A DNA stretch of 64,000 nucleotides from Raillietiella orientalis (lineage: Eukaryota), in NCBI GenBank assembly GCA_036172245.1, contig JAYWIR010000007.1:3286001-3350000 (forward strand), written 5' to 3'. The notes under the pieces were generated by a model that did no database searches, was not told where the DNA came from, and saw nothing but the letters and a program-made list of their open reading frames with translations. Below are positions 1 to 11,600 of the stretch, in pieces. A program made the position numbers and the translations under genes. Each line of letters starts with the position of its first letter. Position 1 is the first letter of the stretch.

Positions 1-957
1 CAAATGCAAGCAGCGTTCAAGTTCCGGTTGATTTCGCTGGATGGTCGTGGCACTTCGCATCATCACCGCTGTCTTCCCAACTTGTTCCGGGATTTTCTTC
101 CTCCTTTTGTCAACAGCTATGGAAACACCTGTGCGGAAGACCTGGGGGCTTGTGGAAGCGGTGAGCTGACGGTGGACAACAACCACGGACTTGGCAGGCA
201 GCGACTGGACTCGCATCTAATTTCGGAATGAGGATGTGAGGTTTTCTCGCCTCCGCCTCCCCCTTCCTCTTGCCCCTCATCCTCCTCTTCTCTTTCCTTT
301 TCGTCCTTCCTCTTCTTTGTGCAGCAGCAGGAGGAGGAAGAAATAAAAATGAGGCATCCTCAGCCTCCTACGGAATTCGGCTGAAGGTGTGCGGAGAAAG
401 AAAAGGCAGGGCCTCCGTTACCTCACTGCCCCGACCCTCACTTCCGTTGCCGATGCATCGGGAAAATCAAGGGCAGCTTCACCCACTTGAGGAGCTGTGC
501 CCTTCTGCGAACCTAAGGGAGTGCACCAACCCCCCCTAGTAGTAGGGGTATTTTTGCACAGGGACAGAGATTGTTAGACGACGTAAGGTATGTGTATCTC
601 TCCTTTTGTGGGCTCTCGTCTGTGATCAGTCATCCGTCCACTAATGAGCGGACTGTTAGTTTGAGTACCTTCCGTGGAGAGTTGACAGCTTGTCTTCTCT
701 CTGTTCCCTCGCGATGTTCTGACGCCAAAGTTCCTCTGGGACAGTGACTGGATCTCTTGAAGGCAAAAAAGAGAGTTTGCTTCGGATTTCTGGTTCCTAC
801 AGGAGAAAATGTGCTGCGTGGAGTTGTCATCTTGTGTCTTATGTTTTCTGCTGATGCTGATCGTACGAATTTCAAATATGCTTATTGGGATGAGGTTGCA
901 TTCAAATCCGTTGGTTCTTCATGGACAGGGAGGCTGTTCTTGCGTCTGTTTCCCCGC

Positions 958-1625
958 GTCGGAGGCCGTGCGGTTACGGTTGTCTCCGCGCTTGGCACCA
1001 TGCGTCGCGCGTTCGAATACTCCGAAGGAATCGACCCAGTGCATCGTGGGTCCCGAGTTCATCCCACAAGATGGCGCTGGTTGGCCTACATTCATACGGG
1101 TGCAGCACTGGTAGCGGCTGCAACCTGATGCCCCCGATGAGGGTCGGGACAAATGGGAGTAGACCTCCAGGTCCTTCCAGGAATCAAGGAGTGGGAGCTT
1201 CCCTCCGGTTGTGAAGGAGCGAACCCTCATTGCGGGGGTAGACCCCTCCGCGTCGGACTGATGGAGTAGGTATGTCGCCACCACCTCCCCAGAGAGTGCA
1301 GAGAAACGAACCGATCCCTTCGGGGAAGCTGCGTCCTTCTGAATTTCGGAAGCGTCACCTTCAGGGTTCTCTTCAGAGTAACAACAGGAGCGGACCCCTT
1401 CCAGGTTCCCTTCAGAGAAGTAAAACTGTAGCGGACCCCTCTAAGGGTCTCTTCGGAGAGAATAAGGAAGATTTCCCTGCGGGATTCCCCTTCGGAGACA
1501 ACCAGGGTAGAGGTGATCTTCATTTCCGGGGATCCCTCCCCAGGCGTGAGAGGAATGGACTCCGAGTCCTTCCTGGATTCATAGCGCGGACCCCTCCCGG
1601 GGTACCCCCTATCTTGAAGACTACC
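958..1625 (+). mobile_element. SINE-like dispersed repeat, copy 1 (tRNA-like head)
   Basis: Head has A-box-like ggaggccgtgcggtta and B-box-like cgcgttcgaatac. The body is homologous to the reverse complements of 36505-37090 and 42575-43235. Confidence 0.65.
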
Positions 1626-2315
1626 CACCCTCGGGTGGCGTGGAACCGTGTCGAAGAACTGCGAGGACAGAAAAGGATTTCCATCATTTTGGCGAACAGC
1701 CACACGCTTGCAAGTGCGGCTGAGCCTCGGGCCGGTCTGTGCTCGCCGCGTTGCTGATGTAAAGTTAAACGTTACGTTGGTCATCGTGGTTTGCGTGTTC
1801 GCACGCGTTGTCCTGCGCCTGCGGTGTAGGGTGTTAGGCTTCCTGTTCGTTACAAGGGTTGTCCTTTTGTGAGGGTGGAATTGTATTCTGGTGGTTGCGG
1901 AAATGTTGAGGTCAGCTGCGGTTCTCCATGTACTGTGAGCTATGTTCCTGGTTTTAGGGTACCGAAGTTTGGAACGCATCCTCGGGGTCTTTCGAATGTT
2001 TGCGCTCCTTTGTGTCGTGTAGCGTTTAATTTGCATTTGAGATTTGGGGGTGTGAGGATGAAATTGAAAGCGCAGTGAATAAAGAGAAAATATTTTAAAA
2101 AAAAAAAATTGAAAAAGCTTTGTTTCTGTTTTTGGCTGTTGGATCTTCTGGATTGTTTTTTTTTTGTCTGGCATCAAAGATGATGAACCGTCTTCCAACA
2201 TGAAGGGGCTTTCCTTTTTCTTTCGGAAGTGTCAGTGGGGTCTGGTTTATAATCCCGAAAGACACCATCTCGAACGCCATACCCCGTATGTTGAAATCCC
2301 CAAAGATTATAAATA

Positions 2316-2492
2316 CCGAAAATATGATTCATCATTTCTTGAGGAAGTTTCATTTATTGAATGTCGGAAATGATGCAAGGATCAAATGTATGACAAAGCG
2401 AATCATAAAAAATAATTTCGGTAATCGAAAATGGTGGAAAAAAGTAAAAAAGCAAAAAGGATGAGAAAACGAAAAGTAGAAATTCGACATAG
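2316..2492. repeat. Left arm of diverged inverted repeat pair
   Basis: ccgaaaatatgattcatcatttcttgaggaagtttcattt...gaaatgat and aaattcgaca are matched in reverse complement at 4488-4672. Confidence 0.8.
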
Positions 2493-3401
2493 AAGCTTCA
2501 GAGGGATAGATGATAGGCATTTGCGCGGAGGATGCGCATAAAAAAGATTGCAGCCACCCATCTTTTATGCACCTTTGAAGGAGAAATTTCAACAAAATTT
2601 CGTTTAACTCTTTGTCTCTGTTTTGCTGAAAACCAGTAATGGGGTTTTCAATTTGCAAAGATGCACAGTGACTGTCAAGATGTACAGTGAAGTTTGAGAA
2701 GAGATTGAACTCCCCAAACCAATGACTCCTGAGTGATCAAAACGACGATGTACAAAGATGAAAAAGGCAAGCTCATCGCAGATCACCGATTACTGAGCCG
2801 GCACCCTGCTAATTCTCACGAATCATGCAAGTCCCGTTACCCATCTCCTCCTCATCCATTATCTACACTACAGTACTCAGCTTTACTCCATAAACAACGG
2901 CCTAAAATTTCAAAATAACTACATATGAAACCTACATTTTCCATTGAACGAAGACACATCAATATGAGCTCTTAGGGTTAGTCGCAACTGCTGGCATGGA
3001 GTCAACAAAATTTCCTAGTAAATACCCTTCAGATTTCCTCCTCTGATCAAAATTTATCAACGCCTTTTGAAATCTATACCCAATTCATTCCATAAACCAA
3101 TAACACATCATGTGTAAAAATTAGTACTTACAACCGAGGCATAATTAAATCCTAAAGTTAATACATATATTTCTGCCATATTGGAAAATTCATCCACCTA
3201 TAAGTTTTTGAAGAATTTCTCTTCTTTCTTGTAAGCAGAATGTTCTCATTAAACTGTTTCTTGATTTTTATACAAACTCTTAAATATTTCGATATAATCA
3301 TGGAAAAATGTTTTCAAGAATAAAATCCGCAACTCTCATGACCCTCGTAGCTACATTTAAATTCTTAGACTAAAGGTTTTATAGAACACAAAGATTTTAA
3401 C

Positions 3402-3524
3402 TTTAGAAAATTCATAGATGGCTAATAAATCTGTAATATGGTGAGGATATGCAATTGAGACAATAAAGTTAAAATCTTATCCTCACCATATTATAGATTA
3501 TTAGTCATCTATGAATTTTCTAAA
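3402..3524. repeat. Long AT-rich inverted repeat / hairpin (~47-bp stem)
   Basis: tttagaaaattcatagatggctaataaatctgtaatatggtgaggata pairs with tatcctcaccatattatagattattagtcatctatgaattttctaaa. Confidence 0.92.
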
Positions 3525-3639
3525 CATTTAGGGTGCCATTTCAAAGCACATTTCCCAGCAATCCCTAATACATTTTATAGCTATTATATTGAATATCGGC
3601 TTTCAAATAAATCGTTAATTAAAAATTCATGCCGATGTG

Positions 3640-4470
3640 ACCATCCGAGAGATGGAAGCGAGTGTAGGGAATGCATGAGCGGCCTCGCTTCATCCTCCTA
3701 CCTCCGCGGGGCACCCAGTTCACGGAGGACTGATTCACCGCTGAGTCCCATGCTCCCAAAGGCCCAATGATGGTGACCTGCACCTTCGCAGCGACTCCTT
3801 TCTTGGACTGCTGGCTGGCAACATCTTGGTATTCGGATACTTTCTCGCTCCTGGAGATGCTGGAGGCTTCTTCACCATCCTCAAGGGGGAAAGCTACGTC
3901 CAGCGCCTCCATCCTGTTGACCCTCGGTGATCACGGACGAAGAGTTGAGTCGCGGGCGGCAGTTTCCATCTCGCTGTTTCAACGGCTGCTGTTTTGATCT
4001 CGTCCGAGGTGGCGTCGTGGCCGGGCCGTGTGCAGACGACGCTGACCCATGCAGCCATCTGTCACGTGAAGAGGCGTCTCGTCCCGCAGGCCACAGCGAC
4101 GACACGACGAGCCATCTGATATTCCCTCCTTCTGGCAGCTCCTCTTGTGGGCAGCAGCAGATTCGACCTTGCCGCGTGGGTGAACCCGCAAATCCCAGGT
4201 GGTCCGCGTTTGTAAGAAACCATCTCGAAGAGCTGCGCGGTCCGATGCGGAGCATGGCCTTCCCCTCGCTTCAGACGCTTCTTCACCGGGAACTGCCGCG
4301 CTTTCTCGCAAAGGAGGAAGCTTTTCTCCTCTTGCTGCCATCAAGAGTCATCTCGCCCGTTTCCTCTGTCGGCTCCTCTCCTTGAAACTTCCAAGCCGCT
4401 CCTCATCTGAACCAAGTCCGTCTTCCGATGGTCCATGTCCCCGCTTATTCTGGAGGACCTCCCGGGTGTG
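3640..4470 (-). mobile_element. DIRS-like RNaseH/MT fragment
   Basis: GC-rich block inside AT-rich DNA. AGTWT, FARKRGSSR, LRVHPRGKVESAA (HIPGK.N..AD-like), EALDVAFP, VTIIGPLGAW. Confidence 0.4.
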
Positions 4471-4487
4471 ACGCCCAACACTTTTTC

Positions 4488-4672
4488 ATGTGTCGAATTT
4501 TCCTTTTCTCTTCATTGATTTTTTGCTTTTTAAATTTTTATTTCTCCTGACCCCATTTTCGAGCGCTGTCATTATTTTTTCTAATTCCCTATGCCATGTG
4601 TTTGATTTCAGAATCATTTCTGACACTCAGCAAATGAAACTTCCTCAAAAAATGACGAATTATATTTTCGGG
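4488..4672. repeat. Right arm of diverged inverted repeat pair
   Basis: atcatttctgacactcagcaaatgaaacttcctcaaaaaatgacgaattatattttcgg is the reverse-complement homolog of 2316-2373. Confidence 0.8.
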
Positions 4673-4799
4673 ATTTTGGCCTTTCAGGATTGTGTCCTTC
4701 AGCCATATGATTGGCACCGATCAGGATCATATGGCTATGATGCCCCTTCGGCCCTCGCTGAGTTTTAGGTGGTTTGGTTCCCAGCTGGCAATGCAAACA

Positions 4800-6450
4800 A
4801 CATATGGAACGTCGTAAGTTTCGATGGATCCTTGGTATTTGGAGAATAGTTTCCCGTTTTTAAGGGCGTCTATGAAGCCATATTGCACGTCTTCTTCGTT
4901 GCCTTTGATGAATACGACGGCTCCAGTGGATTCTCCATTGTAGAGGTGTTCTGTAATCTGCCGTGTTGCAGCTTTGCATCCATGCTGCTCGTTTTTGGGC
5001 GTCTAAAGTGTTTTACGATTGTGGTCTTGCCACTGTTTCCGCTCCGGTTGGATCACATATCCAAATAATAATAAAGTACTTCTTGGATGAGGAACTTGTT
5101 CTAGTCGTTTGAGTATGTATAGTTGCCATGGCATCAACCGGAGGTTAACCAATGGACTTTAATGAGTCAGATGGCTTCCTTCAAAAAGTTGATATTTCTA
5201 GAATGATGTGGTTTTCGGGGATCCATGTTTCTTTGAATCTGAGATGAGATAGGGAAGCATCGTTGTTATAATTATTATTTTTTCAATAGAAACTTGTTGC
5301 TGTGATTCACATTCATAGGTCTGTGATTTGATAACAGGTTGGTCGTGGTTCAGAGCAAGTGGACTGTGGTGGCACGCACTGCCGAAATGTTCGTTTCGAT
5401 CCTCCTACGTGGTTACATGGATGTAGAATAACCATGCTCGAACGTCGATGACAAGTCCCGACCTAAGAGACACGATTTTCCGATGATGATGCAATACGAG
5501 GGCAGAACCACAGTTTGTAAGGGGAAGGCTGCGGAAATGGTGGAAACACCACATCCTTATTCTTATGATGTATTCCTGAATCTTGCATAATTTTCTTTAT
5601 CTATTCAACAGGTAATTCATGCCAGCATGAGAAGGTTAGCGAAGTCAGGCTTTCTAGTGGCCAAATCTGGAAACACATCCTATCGGAAGCACGTCGGAGA
5701 TGACGATCCTTGACGACCAGGTTTCGAAAGGTGCATGAGAACTCAGAATGAAAGCCGAGTCCTTCCACGATAACAACTTCTTGCACTTTAGTACGAGAGT
5801 CGCCTATACGGATTGTGCTCGTTCCGATGTCTTCTGTGTTTAAGGAGCATTGGAGTGTTTGATATGCAAACTCCACCTCAAGCAGGGAGTTGATTCGTGA
5901 ACACAAGGGAACAGCAGCAAAATGCTGAAGTGTCTTCCTTGGAAAAGTGGACGTACGATCCTTAAAACCGATGTATGTCTTACTTACTGGGAGCGCAGGA
6001 GTCCGTAGTTCATAGCGAAGCAGATCCGAATCGCAGGAAACAAAGAACGAAAACACGAATTGCGAAAGACACCAAACGAGTGGCAAAAGATTTCCGGGCA
6101 GCGGGTCGAGCAAGACTTTGGTTTGAGGAGCGCCTGATGAGCACGCTGGCAACCGTGATTCTTCTCAGAGTTCGACTGACCATTTCCGCTTCACAGAGCC
6201 ATTTTCTGCGTAATGCGATTGATGAACACGCCAGGCACCCCAACAGGATTCGCACTTAACCTTATTGCGGAACTCAAGAGCCGTGTGTAAACGCAGAACT
6301 TTCTGTTAGACGATTTTCTTGCGCATTGCTGATGACTTCGGTCGAATTGGCTACGCCGCAAAGTCAATAGGGCTGAAATTTCACTCGCCTGATTGCCCGT
6401 CTGACTGGAACTGGGCATTTCGTTTTTCGTTCGGAGATGGGAACGTTATT
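4800..6450 (-). mobile_element. Degenerate BEL/Pao-like LTR retrotransposon gag/protease remnant
   Basis: Ordered remnants: CQRAHQALL (C..HHTLL knuckle-like), protease-region TSTIRIGDSRTKVQEV..LTFS...LPVE, SLKSIG, YRTPLQWR, KLFSKYQGSIETYD. No LTRs identified. Confidence 0.4.
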
Positions 6451-8442
6451 TTGAGGATTCTTTTTTTTACTTCTGATTTACTAATTCGTTCACAACTGGA
6501 AAACGAATCGGTGCGAAGAGTAATTTCGGAAGGAAAGCGCACAGAGCGCGAAAGCCCATCCGGCCATCGTAGTGATAGGGAATGTGTCTTGCCGTGTTGG
6601 GTGGCTTCGGGCTGAAGTGGTTGTTAGCCTCGCACCGCAGCTAAGGGTAACTGTCAAAACTTGGGGGCCTTATCACTGGTATCATGGCTGCGCATTGGAG
6701 CCAACTTTGAGTAAAGTGGCGAAGCTGTTGATCATCGTTCGGGGACTCCTCTGCCATGAGAACAGGATGATGAATGAAATGGAGAATACTGTTCGCGGCC
6801 AGTTTCCCTTCAGGGAAGACCCTGGCAGGCATCGGCAACGTGCGTAGAGGCTGCAGCTGTAGAGGTCAGCGGTTATATAACAGGTGAGTGACTGCTGAAG
6901 TCGTGTTCCCAATTCAGCCACTGCTCGTAACAAATCGATCAGCGTATCGATGGAAAAGTGCGCCATAATCGCTAATCGGAGATAATGGAAAAATAAACGT
7001 GCAATTCTATTAGCTATCCGAGAATGCAAAGCTTAGCTATGACGACGTAAGCAAGGTGATTTAGAGTCCGAGAAAGAGACGACTGAGTGCCTAAGAGGCA
7101 AGCTATCTTCGGAGCTATCCTAAGGACTCATCCAATTAGTTACGATAATTTGACCTAGAATTAAATTACTTTTCCTCGAAGGAAGGGTCCCTGTTTTCCC
7201 CCTTCGAACCAATGAGTGCTAACTGAGTCGTGCGGGAGATGCGAGACCCGAGAGTCCTTAAATCTTGTTTCTGGAGCAATTACTCCCTGAACCACCCTTT
7301 TCTCCTCGATGCTCGCGGGACACTTCCGATGAGATGATCCTGTTTGCTTGTTTATCCCTCATTAAGCCCCGATCTTGAATCATATTAGATGGAAACGCTG
7401 ACGTAGGAGTGCACCGTGCCTGGAATCTGTCTCGTGTCCTTGGCATCTCACTGTCGATCAATTCTCACTGCCAGGGAATTGCCTACAAAGTGTAGCGAAG
7501 GCCCTGGCGCCAAGCCAGGACACCGTGACGAAACGTAGCGAAAGATTAATCCGCTGCACGCAGAGCGGAAAGGAAGCTGTTGAATACCCTGCGGATATCG
7601 AAATGATGATGAATGGAAGACAAATTCTTTATATTCACTCTTGGTGGGAAGCAGAAAACTGCTGCAGACGAACTCCGACGCGCTGGAAAATTCCTGTGGA
7701 ATTTAGACAACATCAGCTGCCGCCTTATTCAAGTCTTCTCGGCATGGCGAACGGCAGAACCGCGCTGCGGACGAAATGGATATCGAGATGACTGCACCAT
7801 CCGTTACCGCAGCTCTTTCATGCCACTGAAGAATCCTTTAATCGACTTCTGGAGTTTGATGAGAGAAGAGATGGGAGTGCGCGTACTTGGAACGGGCGTG
7901 TGCTTAGGGGCCTCCGCGAGCAGGCCGATCCTAGCTGGCACTAGAAATCATCAGTATGCGCGATGTTGAGTCTTTCCTCCAGCGGCACGTGCCGGCGTTC
8001 TCCCCGTGATGGCTGTCGCCGCGCGGTTCTTCGCCTCGCCCACTGGAATGCGCTGTCTGCTCGAAGAGCTCTTTTCGGAGTAGCGTACCGATCCGGAATG
8101 CTCTTCTGTCATCCACCGGAGTTTTTTGGTCAGCAAAGATCTCCCCAGCTCACACGTCCGGCTAGTGAATGCCCACGCTTCCGTCTCCAGTCCCTCACAG
8201 AAAGCGGCAATTTCACCGAACCGCCGGTTCTCCTGCAGCTCGTCCTTGCCATATCAATAACGGCGCACAGAGGCGCGCTGAAAAGATTGTATTGCTTTTG
8301 AATTGTTTTGAGGAAGATGTTGAAGGATTCCAGAATGGCAGTTATCGATTGGAATGAGACAGACTGTACACGTGGTTTCCCTTCATAAACATCAATCTTC
8401 TATTTGTAAGAGGTCAGCTCGCTACTCGGGTTCCCTTCCTTG

Positions 8443-9009
8443 GAATGGCAAGATCGCGAACTCGGCAGCATCTAAGAGTTCTTATCAGTCTCGTGTGAAG
8501 GCAACGGCCAGAAGGGCCGAAGTCTGGTTCCAGGACGACAATCCGCTGGCTGCACTTCCGCCATATCCCGCTTTCCGCTGCGCTCCCCGGATCCTCTCCC
8601 GGCGACACACACCTCCGTGCAGGTGTTTGGACAGAGTAGCCTCTCGGTCAGTCAAAGTATCAGCGGTCCCACGCCGCCGCGCACCCTTCCTCCACCCTGG
8701 ACTCGTCATGGCGGCGTCGACGTGCTTCCCCGCAGACCTCCGGTGCGGCAGACCTGATGCCTGCGGCCGCTCGCCGCGATTCGAGCTCTTTTGCGCCGGA
8801 CGCTGTTCCGAGAGCCTGTTCGACCGCTGGAGAAGCCACGTCCCTCATGGGGCCTCCGCTGCAAGCTCCCCCCTTTGGCAGGCGGATGGAAGGTGTCAGG
8901 GCTTCGAACGACCGGATGTTGGAAGTCTTGGCAGCATTCAAGGATGAAAATCAGCAACATGGATGTTTGAAATGATGAAAGACGGAAAAGTGCGAGCGGA
9001 AGACGTGAA
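8443..9009. repeat. 567-bp direct repeat, copy A
   Basis: Essentially identical to 20435-21001 (offset 11992). The ORF track gives identical peptides at both loci. Confidence 0.97.
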
Positions 9010-9599
9010 TGCGTGCAACCGTGGAATGAGCAGAAACCGAAAAGCTTAGAAAAATGGAAAAGCAGGAACTTAGTGATGCATCCCCTGCAAGCCGGTCGGT
9101 GGAATTCCATCTTAATGAGACACCAGACGCAGAGAAAACGATCTTTGTATTCCCAGAGGAAAGAGAAGGGGATGAGGAAAAAGGGAAGGAAAGTACATGC
9201 TCGAAGGGTTAGACAGCTCACATCTGCGGGGCTTTTCCGGGTTGTAGTCGACAGCCGGTTTTTCTTAACAAAACTTTTCGGAACCCCTGTTCTCTCGTGC
9301 AAACGCAAACTCGAAAAGTCTACCATTCGGTGTGATCCTAAGCGATGGCGAACGTCTCTGTTGCTGACCAGGAAACAAGAAGATGGGAAACGCTGTGCGA
9401 TCCCTTTGCCTAGGATCCTTCACACTGCAAGCGAGACGCTTATTCCCACATGCAGAAACGGGACTACAATTCCTGTCAGTTCGGCTTCCTTTACGCATAG
9501 GCAAAAGAGCAGTGAACTTTCCAACTAGGAAGGAGAAAAAAAGTCAGAAAGAGCAGCCACTTTAAATCGGAACAATTCCATGCTGCAGCTGACCTGTGT

Positions 9600-11600
9600 A
9601 CAGCTGGAAGATTTGAAGATCCTTCACAAGGCTGGCTTTGACCTTGCGACTTGGATAGAGGCTCGTCAGAGGTAACTCCGGTTTATCCCCCACAACCATA
9701 CGGCAGCCTCGTGGTCATCTGCAGCCAAAATTGGTAGCAGATCTCCCATAGTCTGGGAAAGATGGTGGATTCGCGTGTCCCCAGACTCACTTCTCATATG
9801 GTATGTTGCGAGCCTGGATCGTCTGGAGCTCCAGTCTTGTGCTTGAGCGAGAAGCAACAGAAAAGAGCTCCCACAGAAAAGGCATACGGTCCATTCTCAC
9901 CGGAGACTGACTTGGTTTTTCTATCCCGCTTATTGCCCTCAAGAGAGCAGACACCAGACCGTTGACCACCCCTCCGTTTGTATCCTTTACCTCACCTGAG
10001 GCGAAGAGTCCATTCCCGAATGTTTGTTGATCACTGCAGCGGAGAAACTGGTTCGCTATCTCCGTGTGACCTCGAAGCGTTTCGCGGTCTTGTCATCTTT
10101 GGTTCACAACTCTCAAGGACAACGGAATGCGAATCCTCTACCCTCCTTCTCCTGAACGTCCGGAGTGCTCACTTCCTTTCGGTAAGAGAGCAGGCACGCT
10201 AACTCCCCCCTCCCTCCCCCTGCTCATCACTTCTTGTGCATCGTGCCTTCCTTAGCTCGGGTGCCCCGCCTCTGGTGCACTGTCTTGGCTGCTTCCCGCG
10301 TTGATTCACGCGCACAAGAGTGTGGCAGCTTCGGACCATGGATGCACTTGAGGTTACACCTTGGACCTCCGCGGAGGGAGAAAATTCGACCGTTCGCCGA
10401 GCGTGGAACCGGAGCTAGGTAACTCCTCCTTGGATGGCTGCTCAGCGCAGTCCTAGCCTCTCTAGGAGGTAGGCAGCACGGAAAGCTGCAGAGACGCTTT
10501 CTGCGCGTGGAGTAGGAGGGGGAAGAGGCAGCATAGGGTAAGATTGTGTGTGCGGCGTCTCCTTCGATCTTGTCCTTGGGAGCCAACTCTTCCTTGACTT
10601 GCGAATCCTTCAAAGCCTCGGGAATTTTCCTGGAAACCAGTTGCCTTCGTACGTGTCCCGCTTTCGTAGGAGTGGCCCAAGTGATTCGTTTTGGAACTCA
10701 GATTATTCCCTGAAACAAGGATGTGAGACATCCCTCAGCCCTTGTAACCCCGCAACGGGAATCCCAGCTGGACCTCACGTGCTACGAACGCTGTCTGAGG
10801 GAAAATTGCGCTTCGACTTCCTATCCAGGAGTGCTGGAAAGGAAAGGGGAGGGACATGAGAATGACTGCGGGTCGCCAAGATGAGAGCAGCCTCAGAATC
10901 GCCGTCATCGGGCAGTCGCCATTTTGATGCCACCATCTCTACTCCCGTCATCGAGAGGTGGATGCGAAATGACTCAGCATTTGCAGAGGCGGCTGAACAC
11001 ATGCTGACCGGGCAAGACTGCCAAGGACAAAGAGAGAGGTTGCGTTAGCATTGCGGGATCTGCAAGTTCATCAGCCAGCTGCGGCCAGAAAGCACAAATC
11101 CGTTGCTATGACAAGGGTGCATCGAACGCACGAGGGCAGAGGTGTGGGCGTCTGGACGGGATTTCAGATGGACGTGCCCACCAGGAGGAACCTGGGATCC
11201 GTGCCAGTATTTCCTGGAGCTGCTCTTGTCGAAGTGTGGCGAGAGGCGAAGCCGTGGGGCAGCTCCTCCTCGGGTTGCCTGCCTGCACGGCGACAAAGGT
11301 CGCGATCAGGCCGCAGGTCCTGTCGACATTGCTGAGGTCGTCGTTGAATCATGAAACAGCCAGCGTTCCCGTACCTTATTCGTCGAATAGTCGCGGTGCG
11401 AGAGGACTGAAGGGAATGGATATCCGGGAAGGCGCCGTCCAGCCTCCTAACGAAGTCCATGCCGGAAGTGTCCTTCCCTTCCTCCTTGGCCCTTGGCCTT
11501 CTTTACGTGAGTCTGCTACATCGTCATGGCGGTCGACCACCTCACGCACGCCACAGAAGGTGGTTTCTTCTTCTTTGGGGCCACCATGACGATCAACAGA
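9600..11600 (-). mobile_element. Degenerate DIRS-like retrotransposon (RT, RNaseH/MT, tyrosine recombinase remnants)
   Basis: Decayed motifs in DIRS order on -: PKEE..GVREVVDR, LDGAFPDIHSLQSSR (DLKDAYFHI-like), SFPALLDRK..SDSV, KIEGDAAHTIL, LHAQKAS, LLAQAQDWSSRRSRLATYHMR (YR C-terminal ADWSS..TF..Y-like). Many stops and frameshifts. Confidence 0.5.

Noticed and set aside
1227..2201. 324-aa minus-strand ORF
   Set aside because: Runs through the non-coding SINE-like repeat. The other copies do not preserve the frame.
7500..8400. Possible hAT or MULE transposase remnant (VLAISITAHRGALKRLY)
   Set aside because: Single weak motif, no TIRs or TSD, and two competing interpretations.
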